A stretch of 64,000 nt of DNA, taken from assembly GCA_051362555.1 (NCBI GenBank), contig CM120640.1:33313967-33377966 (forward strand), given 5' to 3'. The translations under genes were made by a program, and so were the position numbers. Positions within the stretch are counted from its first letter, which is position 1; the number at the start of each line of letters is the position of its first letter. The notes under the pieces are model-generated. The model worked only from the letters and a program-made list of their open reading frames with translations. It was not told the origin of the DNA and ran no database searches. Of the stretch, positions 58,539-64,000 are shown in pieces. This DNA is from Lingula anatina. Taxonomy: Eukaryota > Animalia > Brachiopoda.

Positions 58539-59861
58539 ATGATTCGTAGCCTACAATGTGTAACTACGTTACAGATCAATATATATGCCGCATAAAAGAT
58601 TGCAACTCCGTTGCAAAAATGTTTCCAACTTAAGCAAACAAACTACGTTTGTTTTAGATTATAATTCTGATAGAAATAGATCGCATCTATTTTCAGGCTG
58701 ACTACCCAGCCGCATGTCACAAGCTAACTGAGTACGCATGCGCAAGCATATCTCATTTAAGACTGACCGATATTTTTATACGAAATAGAATTTATAACAT
58801 ACCGGTATTTCAACATGCCTCCTAATAAGATTTCATTTTCAAAGAACCCCCCTAGATTCGTACAAATAGTAATGCTAGTAGGCCTACACTGCATCCTCGC
58901 CGAGTTCATACAAAAGCTATTTCGATTTTAACAGATTGAAATAATATTTTGTCTAAAATGAAATTTGACAAAAAAAAAATACTTGAAATTTTTATGACAT
59001 TTTGTTACATATTGGTTAATCCAAGGATTGTATGATTCAACTCCTTGCTTAATCTATGCTGTGGCACACCCATCTAAACTACTAGTTGTTATCTTCAAAA
59101 CAATGTCACGAGAACCGTGTCCAAAGTACTGTTTTATTTTGTCACGAGGTAACGTGCTCATTGATACCCATACATACACATACACAATAAAGCTGAAAAC
59201 ATAACATATATGCTAGGTCTATCTTTTAAGGCATGAATTAGCTGTCCTTAACGCTTACCCCTTTGAAATATTTTAAGCGAATCTATTAATTAATATCTCT
59301 CGATAGGTGAATTACCTGTAGGTCCACTTCATTGTTTGCATACCGTCAACGTCTCATTAAATATTTAGAAAATATGAAAATTCAGTAGAATTAACAGCCT
59401 ATCAAGATGGTAACTTGCTAAATAGCCCTAGAGCAAGATTACTGCCACATATAGTACTTAGAACAAAAGTTAAATTTTATACTGTAACTAATGGTTGCCC
59501 ATTCGAAATGACAAATGTAGCTGTATTGCAGCTTAGCGTCATATAGTAGGCCCTACATGTAGGGCCCACGACTCTGCAGAATGCTTACCCCTTTCTCCTT
59601 TTCAGACCCAAAAAACGCCTTAATCTATAGGCCTAAAGATGATGCTATGTGTACCGTGTTGTTCACTGCAAATCTTGTCACACGCAACTCAGCAGCAATC
59701 ATCACGGTTGAATCAACTTATCTGGCTTATCACCCATACGTAAATGTTGCAAACACAGCCTCCTTTTGGGAAGTAGGTCTTAAGGCCACTAGTAGTAAAA
59801 CAACCAAAGGCATAGAAACAATGCCCTGGCCTTATAAGTTTTTATAAAAAATTAAAACATA

Positions 59862-61220
59862 CACACACTGGACAATAGAAGTGTCACCCCTACTGAACCA
59901 ATACTATGGGGGGGATAAATGACTGTGGAATGATATGCTCCTGGTATCATTTTATTAACAGCAAATTTCACAAAAAATCACAAAATGAGAACAAAATATA
60001 CATTCTACCAAAATATGCAGTTTCAAGTCCAAAATTAGTACTTAGTAGCATAGCCACGTGACCTAATAATAGGTGCCAGTCTACGAGGCAAGGATTCATA
60101 TAATTGTCTGTTGCGTTCAGGGCTCACTTAATATAACAGAGTTTCTCTGCTGGTTAGACGGGCATTAGTGAAAAGTTTTGACATATCATTCCACACATTT
60201 TCTATTATGTTTGCATCCGTACTCTGGGCAGGCCACATCACGAATGTCCTGTTGGTCAAACAAATCATCAACTGCTATGGGCCTGTGACAAGGAGCATTG
60301 TCATCCTGGTGAACAAATGGATAATTCCTGTCATCAAACATGTTAGTAATAGATGGTAGCAAGCCTGACTCCAAAATATCGATATATTTCTATTGATTCA
60401 TGTTTCCATCAACCACCATCAATTCGCCCACGCCATGGATGCTGATGCAGCCCCACACCATGATGAATATGCTGCTCCGGGTTAAAAAATTCAGTGCTTT
60501 TGGTTCAAATGCTTTATCAGCAGTTCGCCAGCATCGTACCCGTCTGTCATCAGAGGTCAGACCAAAGCGACACTCATCAGAAAAAATATATAGGACCAAT
60601 TGTCATGGACTGTCTAGTTTCAGATCCTGTTGATCCTAGTTCACTCTACGTTGCCTGTTTTGTAACGATATAAGAGGTTTCAGTCTTGCTACCCTGCTGT
60701 ACACTCTATGAGCATGTACCCGACGCCTAGCAATTTTCACAGACATTCTTATGTGTGAAATTGTTCCACTGTGTTGTCAACTGACAAGCAGTGTCGAACT
60801 TTGACAACCTGGACATCAAAATCAGTCGTTTGTCTTCACGGCCAGTAGTTTTTTCTTGGACGACCCATCAGAGGCAATTTGTCTCTTGATTCAGTGTTTC
60901 TATATCGAGACCAGACCCTATGCACGGTTCTGACTGAAAAATTCAATTGTATCGATATTCTGACATTGCTTATATTCCGCCTCTTCAGGTTAATAACTTG
61001 CACCTATAACCGTTAGATAATTGCCTGTATCTTGCCATATTGGAAGAAGACAGGAATAACAATTGCTGTACATGTACAAGACCAACAATACAATTCCATG
61101 GTATAGCGGTTTTATACTCATTAGTCTCATTATAAGTAGACCAGGCATTATAACTACCCAAGATCTGCCTACTGTTATTACTCTGAGTTAGGGGGTGACA
61201 CTTCTATTGTCCAATGTGTG
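59862..61220 (-). mobile_element. Tc1/mariner DNA transposon, degenerate transposase
   Basis: TA TSDs (59860-61, 61221-22), ~29-bp TIR cacacactggacaatagaagtgtcacccc with 1 mismatch, and frameshifted DDE motifs IFSDECRF, MVWGCIS, HQDDNAPCH, DANIIENVW. Confidence 0.9.
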
Positions 61221-61565
61221 TACTTCCCAAAAGGCCATTTAAAGACAGATTAAGTGCAGTGTCCAACGTATGACGCTATAGCGCCAATTTTTTGGGGAAA
61301 ATGCCGTTTTCGGATTTGGAATTTTCTCTTTAACCAAGACAGCTATTCAAGTGATTCAAACGGCCTCACAAAGCTGGTTGAAAGCACTTCAAACTATTTA
61401 CTTTTAATTTAATCGTCTTTTACGTTAAATTACCCCATATTTCAATGGGTCATTCACTTCAAGAGACGATAACTTTCAAACAAACAATTTCCACCTTTAT
61501 CTCTGGTATCTCGTCAATCTGGAAAGCTGTTAAAACAGCCAAAAACGTTCACAGGTTGGACAGAT

Positions 61566-62010
61566 ATGGTTCGACAGCTAAGCAACATAGCTTACTATGG
61601 GATTCTTGCTTTCAGAGAAAATGGCCAGAAACATACAGCCATTACCAGGCAATGCAAAATTTATCAGGAACCGTTAGTACAGTCCTCCAAAGAAATGCCA
61701 CAACAGGGGCACCTACTCCAATACCTTGACCAGGGTGTCCGCGTATCACACCAAGAAGACAGGATCGCCTTCTCCTTAGAGTGCGCCATGCTTGTCGTAC
61801 AAAGACAACCAGTGTCTTCAGAAAAGAGTGGCAGAATGTCATTCAAACGCCCATTTCAAGAACCCTCGTGAACAAGAGATTACTGCAAGCCGGTTATTTT
61901 GCACTAAGGTCAGTAGGGAAACCACTGTTTACAGCAGGTCATATACAGCGATGGCTGCAATAGGCTGGGGACCACATGCCTTTGCAGCCAAAGCACTGGA
62001 ATCACGTCTG
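61566..62010 (+). pseudogene. Truncated Tc1-like transposase N-terminus (HTH_Tnp_Tc3 region), second family
   Basis: Frameshifted fragments: STVLQRNATTG..PRIT..QDRLL..ISRTLVNKRLLQAGY..KPLFTAGHIQRWLQ..WNHV. Confidence 0.65.
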
Positions 62011-62267
62011 TTAAGATACTTCATGGTATATTACCACTTCATAGGATAAGAATTACTACTTCATGATAGAAGGCGACTTCATTGGTTAAAAAATAAGGAC
62101 CCTTAGGAGACTTCGTAGTATATTACCACTTCATGGTACTTTGTATCCAAACATGTTTCAGTTCTGGTTGGATGTGGAAATTAGGCGTAAAGGTCGATAT
62201 GATGTTTCATTATAGACCTTGATTTCCAGAGTGACGCGTGTATTCGAAATGGGGCGTGTGTGTGTGT

Positions 62268-62298
<31 letters not shown>

Positions 62299-63528
62299 GG
62301 GGGGGGGGAGTAACATTACTCACTCACATGATAGTGCGTATGTTATCTCGTTGGAGTTTAATGAAGCTGTTATTTTCATATGTTCTCGTAGATACCCGTG
62401 AGATTAACTTCTATAAATAATGTACTTTATTTCAAGAGCTCCGGTCCAATGGCGGAAAGCATAAAGCTAGTTTTTTGTTTTACCCTTTTAGTTTTGAAAT
62501 TTTTCAGATTTCAGGACGTTTAAAAACTGACAATATTTGGACGTTGAATCATGGCGGGTCTAAGGCACTAGATATATAAGACAAACGAAGTGTATAAATA
62601 AACACATTGCCTGCCTTTAAACTAGGGCATAAAACTGACCATGTGTGGTTTGATTGACGGCACAGGTTTATAGATGTGGCTAGTACACAGTAGCAAGAAT
62701 GTATGTCTTTCCACTGTAGGTAGAGAACTCTACTAGGCAGAGAGGTTTTAATTTTGCTCCACACTAGGTGTACATTAATATCTTTAACAAACCGTCTATT
62801 CCATTATTCGTGTTATAGAAGTATCTCTTTTGTAACTATGACATAAATGTTATGACTTGCAATAACAAGCTGTAAAAATAGGCTTTTCTATTGATATGCA
62901 ACAAATATGTTTCGAAAATATCTCGGTCGTTTAAAAAGATTGACCTCTTGGCCTATATACTTAATGAAAACGCTTAGGTCGGAAAGTCCGAAATCTGAAT
63001 GATTTGAAACGGTCAACTGTCCAGATAGATGTTGGGGAGAATGAAATGCTGGGGATTCATAAAACTGGTGTAGAGCCGCATTTTGCAACTGCAACGCATT
63101 TTGCAACCAAAGAAAATCGTGAAAATGAATTTTTCAACCGGAACGCATTTTGCAACCAGAATTTTTTCTTAGTCAATAAATAGCTAGTGAGAAGTTCTAT
63201 AGAGGTAGAATTGGAATGGGGACGGGGTTGTCTCGGCTAGGTACGCTTACATTGGTCAAGGTTTCCCTGTGGTGGACAATTTATTATATACATGCATAAT
63301 CTATTTCACATTGTTACTTCCTAAACCATTATAGTTAGGAACTTGATACGTCGGGGATTAATAAACCTATCATTATAGGGATTTGCAAAGGCTCTTCGGA
63401 ATTCAATTGTGACTTGGGGTGTGGTTGACCCTGGGGGTAATCTATTCTAATTTTTACATCGTATTTTATGCTAGAAGCATGAAACGTGGCTACATACTAT
63501 TTTGAATGTGGAAGGGCACTTCGGATTT

Positions 63529-64000
63529 TTTTATGTACAGACACAGATGTGTCTGTACATATAGCCATCATCTGCGTCTGTCGTCGCCGTCGGTGCCGTC
63601 GTCGCCGTCGTCGCCGTGCACTTTTACCGATAACACGATAAGTGGAAAACCATTTTACCTTTTGACTTGAAACTTGCAGAACTGATGAATATTCATAATA
63701 CGCAGGTCAAGTTCGAAAATCAGCATGATCGGGTCACTTTTAGGGAATTTATGCTGTTTTTTTCACTTTTTTCAGCATAGATGCAGCACCGATAACACGA
63801 TAAGTGGAAAACCATTTTACCTTTTGACTTGAAACTTACAGAACTGATGAATATTCATAATACGCAGGTCAAGTTCGAAAATCAGCATGATCGGGTCACT
63901 TTTAGGGAATTTATGCTGTTTTTTTCACTTTTTTCAGCATATATGAAGCACCGATAACACGATAAGTGGAAAACCATTTTACCTTTTGACTTGAAACTTA
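63529..64000 (+). repeat. Helentron/HINE-like element with 162-bp central tandem repeats (runs off the window)
   Basis: T-run, 14-bp-arm hairpin at 63532-63561, (gtc)n microsatellite, then 162-bp units starting at 63627, 63789 and 63951. Confidence 0.75.

Larger units (their letters stand above)
53973..58793 (-). mobile_element. Full-length DIRS1-like tyrosine-recombinase retrotransposon
   Basis: Overlapping gag, RT-RH-MT and YR ORFs. 34-bp inverted repeat 54051-54084 / 58728-58761. Internal complementary region 54261-54384 pairs with both termini. AATTT at both ends. The empty site is visible in the cGLR-2 intron (~39030-39045). Confidence 0.93.

Noticed and set aside
63627-64000. CRISPR-like array (also considered for 36430-36860 and 40430-41095)
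   Set aside because: Units are whole tandem repeats with no unique spacers, there are no cas genes, and the context is eukaryotic.

Overview
AT-rich, intron-containing animal genomic DNA, most likely a mollusc-like lophotrochozoan (inferred from gene and transposon types). From left to right it holds: the first four exons of a GRK4/5/6-type receptor kinase (- strand) with a P-element-like transposon in intron 1; a LicD/fukutin-like nucleotidyltransferase; a divergently oriented 6-exon M6P-receptor/ATG27-like gene; and a repeatedly duplicated ~35 kb locus. That locus has three intact cGAS-like receptor (cGLR/Mab-21 NTase) paralogs plus three 3' fragments, interleaved with two intact SLC10 transporter genes, an SLC10 fragment and partial copies of the M6PR-like gene. 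The cGLR paralogs keep the catalytic triad, are nearly identical in the C-lobe, and diverge strongly in the N-terminal NTase loops. An intact DIRS1-type retrotransposon sits in the 5'UTR intron of cGLR-3, and a Helentron-type element supplies the stop codon of cGLR-2. Tc1 remnants and a Helentron-like 162-bp tandem array close the window. All calls are from reading the sequence; no searches were run.
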